Shown here piece by piece: positions 27,427 through 39,655 of a stretch of DNA of 64,000 bases. The notes beneath the pieces were generated by a model. It was given only the letters and a program-made list of their open reading frames with translations. It ran no database searches and was not told the origin of the DNA. The position numbers and the translations under genes are program-made. Each line of letters begins with the position of its first letter. Positions within the stretch are counted from its first letter, which is position 1. This DNA is from Octopus sinensis. Lineage: Eukaryota. The stretch lies in assembly GCF_006345805.1 (NCBI RefSeq), contig NC_042998.1:200694001-200758000 (forward strand). Reading direction: 5' to 3'.

Positions 27427-27787
27427 TATAGGATGGGATTTCTATTCATTTATTCTATTTATTCATTTATTTACTTTCTCATTGATTCTTCTCATTTCAA
27501 AAAACACTCTGGCCTTCTGACCAATCCACTAAGAACAATAGCTTGCGTCCTGTTTATCTCCTAAATACCAACCTACCCCAAAAACATCCCCCACCACCAC
27601 TCCATTAAATCTGCCTAAATGCATAAATACCAGAACTTATTTTGACAGCCAGCTTCCTGGAGATTTCATCTGAATGAAACAGTTCTAGTCCTGTAGAAGC
27701 TCCTTCTATAAAATAAATTACTTTACTCTGCTATGTATTGAGTACCTTATTTACTGTGGTTAACCCCGACTCAACCCGGGACCTACA
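27427..27787 (+). mobile_element. Solo-LTR-like element (361 bp) inserted in (TA)n
   Basis: Termini TATAGG (one change from TGTAGG) and CCTACA; TATA-like cataaata at ~27622; AATAAA at 27712. Confidence 0.55.
27651..27701 (+). ncRNA. Type I hammerhead ribozyme motif with core substitution, inside the LTR-like element
   Basis: Stem I agcttc/gaagct; CTGGAGA; stem II ttc-atct-gaa; GAAA; stem III ACAG/CTGT; GTA triplet. Confidence 0.65.
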
Positions 27788-27814
27788 TATATATATATAT
27801 AATTTCAAAAGTTG

Positions 27815-28027
27815 AGGGTAAAATTAATTAATTATTAATCAATTTCACCAAGTATTCAGTATGTAAAGGGACCATTTAAGGCGAATTCAAAATATTACAT
27901 TTTATAAAGGGCTTAGTAAAATAAATTACTTTGCCACATACTGAACTCAAAATTTTTTTTGGCTGCTATTTCTAATGAGTTCAGTATGTGGCAAAGTAAC
28001 TTATTTTACTAAGCCCTTTATAAAATG

Positions 28028-28033
<6 letters not shown>
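27815..28033. repeat. Copy of the 7601 family ending in a 58-bp fold-back (27892-27949 and 27976-28033)
   Basis: One mismatch between arms; flanked by (TA)n. Confidence 0.8.
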
Positions 28034-28101
<68 letters not shown>

Positions 28102-29282
28102 ATTTATACAGAACGTGTCAGAAAGATGGTACATGTTGTAGAAAATATAATCCCCTCTTCCGATTGAACCTCACCTCATGTCTCAATAGTAATTTTGGCC
28201 GTACCATTTCTGCAGTAGAGTTTGCAAAACGCACCATTCCTTGGATCAACCACGAGCTGCCGTCGCTTGCCTCCGAAAGAATAGTAAATGTTATAGGCAC
28301 AGCCCTTATGCTATTATGAAAGTATCCCCCAAATGGAAACCAATCAGTGTTCACCTCGTGATAAAGAATAACAACAACTTAAATAAGTAAACGCAGCAAA
28401 TAAATTGACATGTTTGCTCAAGAAATCAATATCTAATTTGTTGGACACGAAGCACATGAAACACATGGAACTCACTAAAAAGGATGAGAATAGAGGAGAA
28501 CAATTCTATGCGAAGATGATTAAAATACAATGTAAAACTGAAAGTGTTAACATGCTATAGTAAATTAACGTAGATGTTATTGACAGACTTGAACATTCAA
28601 CATGTTTACACCCACTTAGACACATACTACCTACTTGTCAGCATAAATTTGTATTTGTGTAATTATGTATGCATACGCGCGAGCTTGCATGTGTGCGCTC
28701 GTGCATACGAATGTGTTCCTGGACATTTAGACCCATATGTTGCAGAGGAGCAACTGAAGTAACTAAGCTGGTTCGGGGGTTTGGGGATTCAGATATGAGC
28801 CATAAAAACGGAAAGACAAAAACAGGAAGAAACGATATCATCTCCTTGCGATAAAACATTAGTGAGTATATTGTCGAAGATACGGGAAGAATGATTGTGG
28901 GGTAATTCTATTCGAAATTTTTTGCTACATATAAAAGGAATAAATTATAAGTACTAATGGACATTACACACGAAAGCTTGTGGTGTTCGGAAAAAGAAGT
29001 AAACCTAAAAACAAAGCCAATACAGCTATTACCACACGAATATCTCCAACGGTTATGATAATTATATGTTTCCAGCGCAATATTATTGTAGCTGGTCGTT
29101 AGTGTTAAGACTCTAATGAAGAAAATATGTTGTTGTGGACGATGAGGTAAAAAAAATAGTAATGATGTTGATGGAGGTCGTCGTGGAGGTCGTGGTAAAG
29201 AATTTCATGTGTATGATAAATGGTGTTACTGCCGTTGATGATAATGGCTAAGAAGGTACAGGTAATGATGGAGAGAAATATA

Positions 29283-29516
29283 TATTTCTTTACTACCCAC
29301 AAGGAGCTAAACATAGAGTGGACAAACAAGGACAGACACACCGATTAAGTAGATTATATCGACCCCCCCAGTACGGAACTGGTACTTATTTAATCGACCC
29401 CGAAAGGATGAAAGGCAAAGTCGACCACGGCGGAATTTGAACTCAGAACGTAACGGCAGACGAAATACGGCTACGCATTTCGCCCGGCGTGCTAACGATT
29501 CTGCCAGCTGGCCGCC
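29283..29516 (-). mobile_element. Family B SINE with 14-bp TSD
   Basis: tggagagaaatata at 29269-29282 and 29519-29532. Confidence 0.92.
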
Positions 29517-29844
29517 TTTGGAGAGAAATATAATAATGATGTTCATCTTGATAATGGTAAACTATGAGTCTGTTAATCACGGAGGTAAAAATAAAAGTTA
29601 AAATAAAAACAGTCGGTGATAATATGTATTTGAACTTCGACTTATATTATCGCCAATAATATTCCACAGACTTTCTACTCGTCCGCTGCTCTGAAAATAT
29701 TTATGCTATTTTGCAAGATGTATTTTTCGAAAACAAGGAGTATTAATGTTGCTGTCACTACTATTGCTGCTGCTGCTTTTCTTTGTTTGTTTGTTTGTTG
29801 AGCGAAGCGGTCTTCGTCCTGTTTGTAGTGGGAGACGTCCGAAA

Positions 29845-30008
29845 CGTGGGGCGAAAGAGTACAACAGGGGTTGCCACCACCCCCTGCCGGAAACTCGTGG
29901 AGCTTTAGGTGTTTTCGCTCAATAAACTCACACAGCGCGCTTCTGGGAATCGAAACCACGATACTCCGACCGCGAGTCCGCTGCCCTAACCATTGGTCCA
30001 TTGCGCCT

Positions 30009-30010
<2 letters not shown>
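29845..30010 (-). mobile_element. Family C SINE, 5' half
   Basis: Reverse complement of ~2965-3130; abuts (CTA)n. Confidence 0.85.
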
Positions 30011-30074
<64 letters not shown>

Positions 30075-31659
30075 TTGAGCGACTCGAACAGCTCTCGTTA
30101 TTACGAGTCTAAAACTCTCAATTTAGTTAGACAAGGTCAATTATGGTTCTTCTTGTGGTGGACAAGGTCGAGGACAAATTTTATAACGAGAGTGTGGATA
30201 GGATACCTTTCTAAACGTAACTAATTTCTTTTCTAGCTTCCCGTATCTTCTATTTCTAACGCTATCCATTTCTTATTTCATATTTGTTACTCATGTGACA
30301 TGTTTTATTTACTAGTATTTGCAGCTATTAGCGTTATTGGTTTGTCAGTTTTATTTTTGTTCCTTGTTGTTCTGCTGCACATTCATTTACCTGAGAGGGT
30401 CTACAAATATTTCTTTCTTAAAATAGCGAATGTAATATTTTTATTGCTGTTGGTTATATTCAGCTAGCTTTAATGGTGAAGTGGTAGTGTTGCTGCTATT
30501 TTGTGGCATTATTCTAACCGTCTTTTCTAAATACAGTATTGTCATAGCAGTGTAACATATCACCTCCTTTCTAATTTACACAATGGTGTTGCTGTTGATC
30601 CCAGAGCAAAGTTATTAGTACTGTGTATGAAGTAGCTGTAGATCGATTACAGCTAGTACAACAACTCCTTGCAAAGTGTCTGTTCAAGTTCATCATCTTT
30701 ACTTAGCGAATAATAGTTTGAGTGATAGCGATAGCTTCGGGGTTATAGAGAGCATAGCATCCACGGTGGCTCACCACCAATCCTACTTTGAAAATAGTCA
30801 AACTTGTTGACATTCTAATTAAATGTTTGTACGATGCCTATAAATGACAGACAATAAAATTGGATTCTCATCTATGCAGAGGAGGTACAATGTTTGTAAA
30901 ACCTAGTTTACCCTAGAGTAATTTGCTTGAAATCTCAACGACATATAATACAAATTTACAGGTTATCCGTGTATAGAAAATATGTAACAACAGCAATTAT
31001 AATTGCTTCTAACACTTAATTATATTAATCCCAGTAGATGCAGTGGCTCATTTTCACTGCAGAGAAATTTAAAACGGCTGGCAGTGAAATTTGAAATCAG
31101 GAAGTAGAAATATGAAGGAAATATTGCAAGGAATTTTCACCAACTCTCAAACCATACAAATGTTTAGGAATAAAGAGATTTTTTTATCCTATGAAAAAAA
31201 AACAACTTTCTTCCTGTACATGAAATCCCAACATATATTTGATAATATGGTATTCTTCAGGCATAAGCTTTTCTAATTGAAAGTCATCTTCATTCCTATA
31301 TATCCGCAGTGAAAAGCTGTTGCTAGTGAAGTATGAATGTATACTGAAGAAGAGAGTGAGAAACAAAGAGAAAAAGATAGCTTGACGGATGCCTAGGTTG
31401 ATAAGAGAATGCAAGTTTAATAAGACGCACCATTACATTGTGGCCTACGTATACCCAATTTCCCCTCCTACAATTCCCTAATCATATATATATATATATA
31501 TATATATATTGTTTTTAATATTTTAATTAAATGTATCTTATATTTTATTATATTTTTTATTTAAACAAGAATATATTTGCTAAGATATTTTGTATTTTAC
31601 AAGATTATTTACGTATATTTATTGATTTATCTAATTCATTAGTGTCTTGTTTTTATCTT

Positions 31660-31754
31660 TAACCTGAAGAGTGGCTATATGTATCTTGGAGTGATTTTAC
31701 TATTATTATTGCTATTATCATTTCTTAAATATATCCACGAAACACGTGTCGTTA
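31660..31754 (+). ncRNA. Type I hammerhead ribozyme, intact core, Penelope-type palindromic helix III
   Basis: taac-CTGAAGA-GTGG[long stem II]CCAC-GAAAC-ACGT-GTC-gtta; predicted cleavage after C31750. Confidence 0.82.
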
Positions 31755-31944
31755 TTCTACCAAATATATACGTTTTATTTACTATTTTGCACATTACTTA
31801 ATCATTGTTATATGTTTTATCTTATATTTAATCGTTCTATAATATGCAATTTTCTAAATGGTATAATTTGATTTTTCATTATTGAATTGATAAAAGGGAT
31901 TTTTTTCTTGTAATTTTTATATATATTCATGCATATATATTTCT

Positions 31945-31978
<34 letters not shown>

Positions 31979-32844
31979 ATATGCATATATGATATGATAC
32001 ATATAATTGAACCTTCTATATATCTAGTAAAATTACTTAAGCTCCTTTATGTAACTGCTACTGAGACTGATTTACACGGTATCCTCATTTTAGATATAAA
32101 GTAGAGCCGTTTTGTTCAGGTAGGTGAAATGAACTGACCTAAACTGAGAATTAATAATGCATTATTTATTATGTTTTTCAATTACTTCTATATCTATAAA
32201 ATTCTCTGTATTCTCTGTAATAAATTTCTAAAAGAGGCGCCTTTTAATGATAGCAAAACACATAATAAAATTTATTAAATAAATAATTACATAAGAACTA
32301 TCTTCAATTACGTTTTAATACATCTATCTATAGCAGAAATGGTGAAAGTAGTAATAAATAACTTCCATTCACCTCAATGTAATAGCGACAAACAAAATAC
32401 ATCTATGAATATTTAACTATTCAACTTTTAAACGGTTTCCCCTAAACAAGATTTAAGCTGACAAAATCGCTAAATAGCATTCATATACTTTTAAACAGAA
32501 ATGCAGCAACATCTAATTGAATTCTTTCACAAAAATATATATCGGCAGCATTTTATATAATTATTTCTAGAAACGTCTCGGGAGTTTGGAATATACAGCA
32601 TTTGATCATTATAAATAGTGAATCAATTAAAAAAAAAACATTATTTAATCATGACTTCCTACTGGAGAGTTTTCTCCTCTTAATAACTAATTCACATCTG
32701 TAATGAATATACATAGGTACCAACTTAGTTATATATTGCTAGCTGCTGCAACTTCAGGAAACGTTTACCTATGCTTCATATTATGATTTTTCAAAGGACA
32801 GAAGGAGAAACGGAATCTGGAAACCTATAATTAAGTATATTAGA

Positions 32845-33074
32845 GCGGCGAGCTGGCAGAAACGTTAACGAGCCGGGCGAAATGCTTCGCGGTATTTCGT
32901 CTGTCGTTACGTTCTGAGTTCAAATTCCGCCGAGGTTGACTTTGCCTTTCATCCATTCGGGGTCGATAAATAAATGACCAGTTTCGCACTGGGGTTGATG
33001 TAATCGACTTAATCCGTTTGTCTGTTCTTGTTTGTCCCTTCTATGTTTAGCCCCTTGTGGGTAGTAAAGAAATA
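32845..33074 (+). mobile_element. Family B SINE with 16-bp TSD
   Basis: tataattaagtatatt at 32826-32841 and 33075-33090. Confidence 0.92.
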
Positions 33075-33617
33075 TATAATTAAGTATATTCATAAATATA
33101 TTCGTTTACGTTTAGTCCTGGAATTTTTTAATGGAATTGATGACTTAATTGTGGTACTAAAAGCCACCGATGAATTTAGGCATCTGACACACTTTTCGAC
33201 CATAGAAATCGGATCACTACTATTCGTTCTTCTTTCGTGAACATTGCTAGTGGAGCCAGAAAGAAAAATGGTACGATCAGTCTTAAACTTCGATCACGTG
33301 ACCACATGACTAACAACTATACGCAGGCAAAAGCAGAAGGCAGTGTGAAAAAAATATATTGTCATGATGAAAATGTAGATAACATTTGACTTCCTCTCGT
33401 ATGAATGGCATCCTTTTTGTCTCGAGAGACAATGCAGTTGCGCATAAAATAATCTAGTCCGGCTTTTACATTTCATGTCCTAATACATCTGCTTTGGATG
33501 TGTAGTCCTATCCTGTAGCAGAGACTTTGCCTGGCTAGTTGTTATGTCATAGTTTCTTGTTGACGTCTCTTCTTGTCTTTCCCTTTCTTCTCTCTCCCTC
33601 TGTCACTCCTTTGTGAT

Positions 33618-33710
33618 CCCTCTTTTACGGTACGTCGCCCATCTCGGTTGCTGGCAACTGTTCCCTCTTTACGGTACGTCGCCAATCACAGTTGCTGGGA
33701 ACTGTTTCCC
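33618..33710. repeat. ~44-bp tandem duplication
   Basis: tccctcttt(t)acggtacgtcgcc...gttgctgg.aactgt twice. Confidence 0.8.
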
Positions 33711-33812
33711 ACTCACAGAAGAAGCCTTACAAAGGCTCATCAACTGTTTTGAGCAAGCATGTAGCAACTTTGGCTTAGTTATGAACCTCAAGAAGACCAA
33801 CATCACGGATTA

Positions 33813-33856
<44 letters not shown>

Positions 33857-33980
33857 TATAAAACCGTGACCGTGACCGACCAGGGTATCAGATGTTGCTA
33901 CACATCGCTGGTCACAATGCACTTTGCATTGATTTAGCCTTCAAATGCCGTCACCCCGCTGGCTAAGCGAGCAGGCCAAT
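33710..33980 (+). mobile_element. RTE-type LINE fragments (RT piece and probable 3' end) split by (TA)n
   Basis: EEALQRLINCFEQACSNFGLVMNLKKT is typical of RTE RT just after the catalytic DD motif. Confidence 0.65.
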
Positions 33981-33988
33981 ACATATAT

Positions 33989-34041
<53 letters not shown>

Positions 34042-34462
34042 GTGTGTGTGTGTGTGAATGTGTGCGTACTGGAATTTGAGACAGTGGTGATATCAACATT
34101 TGTATATAGCGCTCTATACACACATTCAGTACAAGGATTGTCATGATGTCCATCGAAATATTGGAAACTAGAACTTATTCACCAGGCCCCACAGACAATA
34201 GCTCTAGCGATCTTCTCTTCGCTACTTTCACTCATCTACATCCATCACAAAGTTATAAGCCGATATGATTTATCAATACACGCTCCACCTCATTGCACTG
34301 AGACAGATTGTCGTTATTTATAACTACTAACATAATTACCGTCAACAATATGATTATTAATATTACTAATTATCATTTCTTACTTCTGCATCGATCGGGA
34401 AGTATTTCTCAACTAGACAGGTGTCATATATACATACGTGCATACGTTGTTTATATACATGC

Positions 34463-34505
<43 letters not shown>

Positions 34506-34536
34506 TATATATATATGTATATATAATTTTGTACGT

Positions 34537-34577
<41 letters not shown>

Positions 34578-35321
34578 ATTATGTATGTATATCTATATAT
34601 GTATATATAATTTGTATATATATATATATATATATGTGTGTACGTGTGTGTGTGTTTCAATGCCCACTCACGCACAAACACACATGAATGTATGTTAATA
34701 TTCATATATGCATGTACGTATGTTGTATGTAGAAAGAAGTATGTATATACACCAATTATCTTTGTATTGATATTTTTATTACTACATATTTGTTATATGT
34801 GACGGATATATGTATATTAGTGAGATAAAGATCGTATAACATTTTCCTCAATTTTTAGGTTTATTTATTTAGTCTCGTATTTGCATTTCGATCGATGACA
34901 CATGTCAAGTATTGAGGAAATTACAGATCGATGCGATGATAATTAATAATGTACTGACGACGTGGTTGATGGTGTTCATGTACACACACATTTATATACA
35001 TATACAGGTATATAAATATATGTATATATATATATACACACATATATATATATATATATTTTATTTATCTGTAATGGTTTACTTCTTTCAGCAATTGAGA
35101 TATGACCGTATTTGTGCACCGCGCTACATTTAGTGAGCCGTACCAATCGCCCCCAAACCTTACATTTTAAATCCTGACACTTATTTTCTCAACTTCTGTA
35201 GCCGAACCATGTCAAATAGATGCAAATAAACGTTGTTTGTCAAACTGGGGTGGGGGCAACCTCATGCATTTACATAGATATAAACAAATATATTAGTATA
35301 AACGCATATAATGTATATGTG

Positions 35322-35354
<33 letters not shown>

Positions 35355-35390
35355 CATACACACACAAACATACACACATATTTATATGTC

Positions 35391-35463
<73 letters not shown>

Positions 35464-35499
35464 CTGAACGAGGTATAAACAGTAGCTGCACGACAATGT

Positions 35500-35918
35500 G
35501 AAGTATATTTGCCACTTAAATGTGGCTAACCACTAAGGGTGGATGCCACTGTAGCTTGTAGTCCCAGGAGAACAACAGTATTTGCAAAGGGGACCCGTCC
35601 TTCCCATCGTCGTTTACACTTTTTCGAAATCAGTCACTTTTCGTCACTGGAAAAAAGGATATATGTGTTTGCATTGGGACACCTTCGCATCGAAGACTGG
35701 TGATTGTCGTGCGTTGACGACGGGTAACAACCCAGAAACTCGGGTCCGTGCGTATCACGTCAGGTCGACGATGAGAAGGATGGCTTCCCTTTGCAAATAC
35801 TGATAGGGCACGGAAGGTGCATCAATAGCCAGCTGGAGATGGATGTTCTTCTGGGGCTACAAGCTACAGTAGCATCCATAATTAGTGGTTAGCCACATTT
35901 AAATGGCAAATATACTTC
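35500..35918. mobile_element. Element with long imperfect inverted arms between (TA)n tracts (MITE-like)
   Basis: gaagtatatttgcca...atcgtcg versus cgacgat...tggcaaatatacttc; left arm carries a deletion. Confidence 0.75.
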
Positions 35919-35942
35919 TCGTATATATATATATATATATAT

Positions 35943-36143
35943 ATAATTGCTTTCTCTATTATAGTATAGATGTATATATATTTGCAGTACAACTAACCAC
36001 GTGGGGATAATCGAAATTCACCTCCCTTTTTCTTACTATATATATATAGTAAGAAAAAGGGAGGGGAATTTCTATCATCTCCACGTGGTTAGTTGTACTG
36101 CAAAATATATATACATCTATACTATAATAGAAAAAGCAATTAT
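35943..36143. repeat. ~200-bp near-perfect palindrome centred on TATATA
   Basis: ataattgc...cttacta(ta)n tagtaag...gcaattat. Confidence 0.9.
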
Positions 36144-36794
36144 TAAACGGTGGAGCGACTGAAAATATATTTTATAAATTCATGTTGCAAGAAATTTCCT
36201 ATAACTCAAATTCTGAAGTTTATTGAATTTTTTTAACTCCAATTTCACGCAAATTTAAATATTCATTTCATTCACTGCGTCCAATTCATCACAGGTTGAA
36301 CTATTCACTCCATTCGCTGCGGAGTATTTCACTTTCGTTTGCAAAGTCTCTCATTTTGTCTTTTAAGATTTAATTCGCTATTTGGAAAAAAACAACAATA
36401 TATTTTGTTAATGCATACGTAATGTAAAAACATTATTTTTTAAATACCCATATGATATTTCAACGCAGGATAGCTTTGAGAAGATCCTAGAAAGTCGGAA
36501 GATTCTAGAAAGTAGGTAGACGAGGAGGAAAAAAATTACCGACTAGTACTCGAAACTAGCACTTTATTCACAGTTTCCAAACATTCTATACCACTAAGCC
36601 AATCTATATACAAACAAGTTGCTCGAGCGACTTCAACAATGGCACACTCGCGCGCGCACACAGATACACATACACGGAAATGAAAAGCAATGAACGTGTG
36701 CGTATGTATGTGTGTGTGTGTGTGTACGCGCATTCATTGACAAAACTTCGTGCTGCATCACTTTTGTGAAGTTTTGTCAGTAAACAGATCGAGG

Positions 36795-37110
36795 TTTCAA
36801 AGCGACGAAAATATTTTGACACAAATGAAATTTTAATGTTGAAGTGACTTTGATAATACTTAACGGTACTACTTAAATACAAGTCTTACGGACGTGTAAT
36901 GTCACTTTAACCGTAACCTTAACCATAACTACACCTAAAACTACTCTTCCCTTTCATATCATTACGTAGATGCATTAGGACTCTGTATATATATATAGTG
37001 CCGTGAAACTACCATTTTTTCCCAAGAAAAAAACTTCTTCCACGCTGCAATTGTTTTTGTTTTAGCACACGATCTCAGATCTAGTCACTTGATATGCAAG
37101 TACATCTCCG
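36795..37110. repeat. Interspersed repeat shared with ~54855-55005
   Basis: caaagc.acgaaaatattttgaca and agcacacgatctca.atc.agtcacttg...gcaagtacatctccg in both. Confidence 0.65.
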
Positions 37111-38091
37111 TACATTTTTTAGATCACTGTGGATAAATACCAGCAAAGACCTTCTCAAGCTCTCCAATATTTTATTTTCTAAACAGAAACAATCGGTGGC
37201 AGGGAGTGAGGTTGCACAAAATTTATAATTTCTTAAAGCGTCCTTTATGATAGCATATGAATGTATTTATGGGTTACAATTATTGAAAAACCTCAATGCA
37301 TGCGAGAGTGTTACAGAAACGAGGAATGTTGTCTTTGGATGTGCAAGAAACAACAGCCAAATGGCCCTCACTTTCCCCTCTGAAAATATTATCAATTAAA
37401 AATAATTGTCGAAAATGCTCTTCCTGTGGTTTTGAAGTGCATAAACAAAATTGCCAAAATAGGTCCGGCGTGGATAATGAGGGAGGGGTGTGTGTAAAAA
37501 AAAGTGTTTTCAAAACACTTGTCATACAGACATTCCCCTCCACACTACAACGCTATCCTTTTGGAGGCTATGGATTACAAAAATGTGGGTAATCCCCGAA
37601 AAATAATTTCCCACAAATTTCTTTATGATCGTAATGTATGCCATTTGAAAGGGATTTCTCTAAATTTTCATCAAAAGATACCTATCTTCCTGAAAGTTAT
37701 GAGGGATAAAAGTCAGATCGTGCGAATTTTCCGAAACTTCTCTCTCCACCCCCTTCGGAAAAATAATTTCCCTATAATCCCTACATAATCTCGAGGCACA
37801 ACATCTAAGCAGTATTCGTAGAACATTTGGTGAAAAATTATCCATTTTCTGGATATCGTAAGGCAAGAAATTCGGGGGGCTTATACATCTGTAGTAATGC
37901 CCGTTAATTTATACGAATGTTTCATTCCATGTTGATTTCATTCATTGTTTGCAATGTTCTCTCTCCCCAACTCTCACTCACACACACACACACACACATG
38001 CTCTATGTTGCTTTGATGGGAAAGTAAATCTTGATAAACTACTTTTTCCCTATTGTTGGACTACCATGATGTTAGTTAGAAAAAACGAGAG

Positions 38092-38240
38092 ATTATGACT
38101 ATGATAAAATAATGAAAACAATATTTACTAAGCAAGTGAGCACCATTATACAAAGAAATAGAAATACTTAGACATAAATTATATAAAGAATATTAGAATT
38201 GGATATGTGAAAACATTATCAAGGGGATAGCAGGAAACCG
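38092..38240. repeat. ~150-bp direct repeat, second copy at ~40360-40502
   Basis: aagcaagtgagcaccattatacaaagaaata...tattagaattgga...tagcaggaaacc in both. Confidence 0.8.
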
Positions 38241-39330
38241 CCTAGAGGGCGGTCTTTCGCCTAGAATTAAATAAAAGAAGGAAAATGCACACAGTTTATT
38301 TTTGATGCAATATATATTTAAATATAAATCCGCTAACATGTTTTGGCGGCTGGGGCTATAATAGAAGACGTCCAAGGTAACACGCAATGGGACTGAAACC
38401 GGAACAACGCGAATGGAAAGCAAACCCCGTCCTGCAGTGTCACTACTACATATATAGGTTTATATATGTATACGTATACACACACAAATACGCAGACACA
38501 TGCAAACACACTAGTATTATTGTATAACATGGTATAATTATTAAATAAACGTCACGAACACACTTGTATTCATAACTTCGTTATATTTTTTTTTGATTTC
38601 ACCACTTATCTAAATGCAGTAATATGAGTCTTTCAATATAATACTTCACACATTACTCTCATTTGCACAAAGCAGAGACACTGTATAAGCTCATCTAAAC
38701 TACTGAACTTATGTAAATTAAATTAAATTAATATACTCCGTGTATCTTATTTTGTTTGCTCTTATTTGATGTGTTTTAACAAGTTATACATTGCTTAAAT
38801 TCTATGCCGATTAACTATTCCATTTTCATTCTTCACGCAACCTACAATTTATATATCACTTATTTAAATGAAATTAATAAATTCACTTTATCTCATTATA
38901 TTATGTCTTATCATTTTATCTGAATTCTCTCATCTTGCTGTTCATTACGACGAGACTGATTGGTGTTAACACTGACATCATTTAAGTCACTACGTTTTTG
39001 CCTTTCCTCCGGATACTTAGTATATCCCCTCTATTTCTTCAGTCAGCGCTTAAAAAACAACGCCAAATTGCTACTGTATGGTTACTCCTTTACTGTATTT
39101 TCTTTACATCCCTCATACTCTTTCCCCCGCCATATATAATTCTCATAATTCACCAACACTGCAAGTCACCATTGTAAATATGGTCTTTGCCATTATGCAT
39201 GGGGGGGTCTTCGTCTTATCTTACCATTGAACCTCACCTTTCCTATTCATTTCTGTATAAACTATTCATTGCATATAAAACGTGTGTGTGCGTTTATGCG
39301 TTTGTCTGTATGTATGAATGTATATATATA

Positions 39331-39389
<59 letters not shown>

Positions 39390-39479
39390 TAATAAATAAA
39401 ATATAGGCATACATACAAACATATATGTACGTACCTACATCTACATGTATATGCACCTGCATATATAAATATATATACG

Positions 39480-39655
39480 TGGGTACAGAACACCACTAGA
39501 CGTAGAACTTAACGAGAAACGAAAACGGAAAAACAATTTTTTTACAACAGAAAAACAGAGTACAGGACATACTACACAAGGAAAAATCCCCTTCATCAGC
39601 TGTCACTAGTTCGACTCTAGCGTGTTTCGAAGGCAAGACAGAACACGACTCGCCA
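39480..39655 (-). repeat. (TA)n-associated repeat, possibly Penelope-like; second copy at ~55315-55490 (+)
   Basis: gagtcgaac...cagctg(a/g)tgaagggga...gttttcgtttctcgtt...gttctacgt shared. Confidence 0.65.

Noticed and set aside
36905-36932. taaccgtaaccttaaccataact as a telomeric array
   Set aside because: Only about four degenerate units, inside an interspersed repeat
39585-39635. GAAAC...CTGATGA on the minus strand as a type II hammerhead
   Set aside because: Stems I and II do not pair in register, and the 55 kb copy has CTGGTGA
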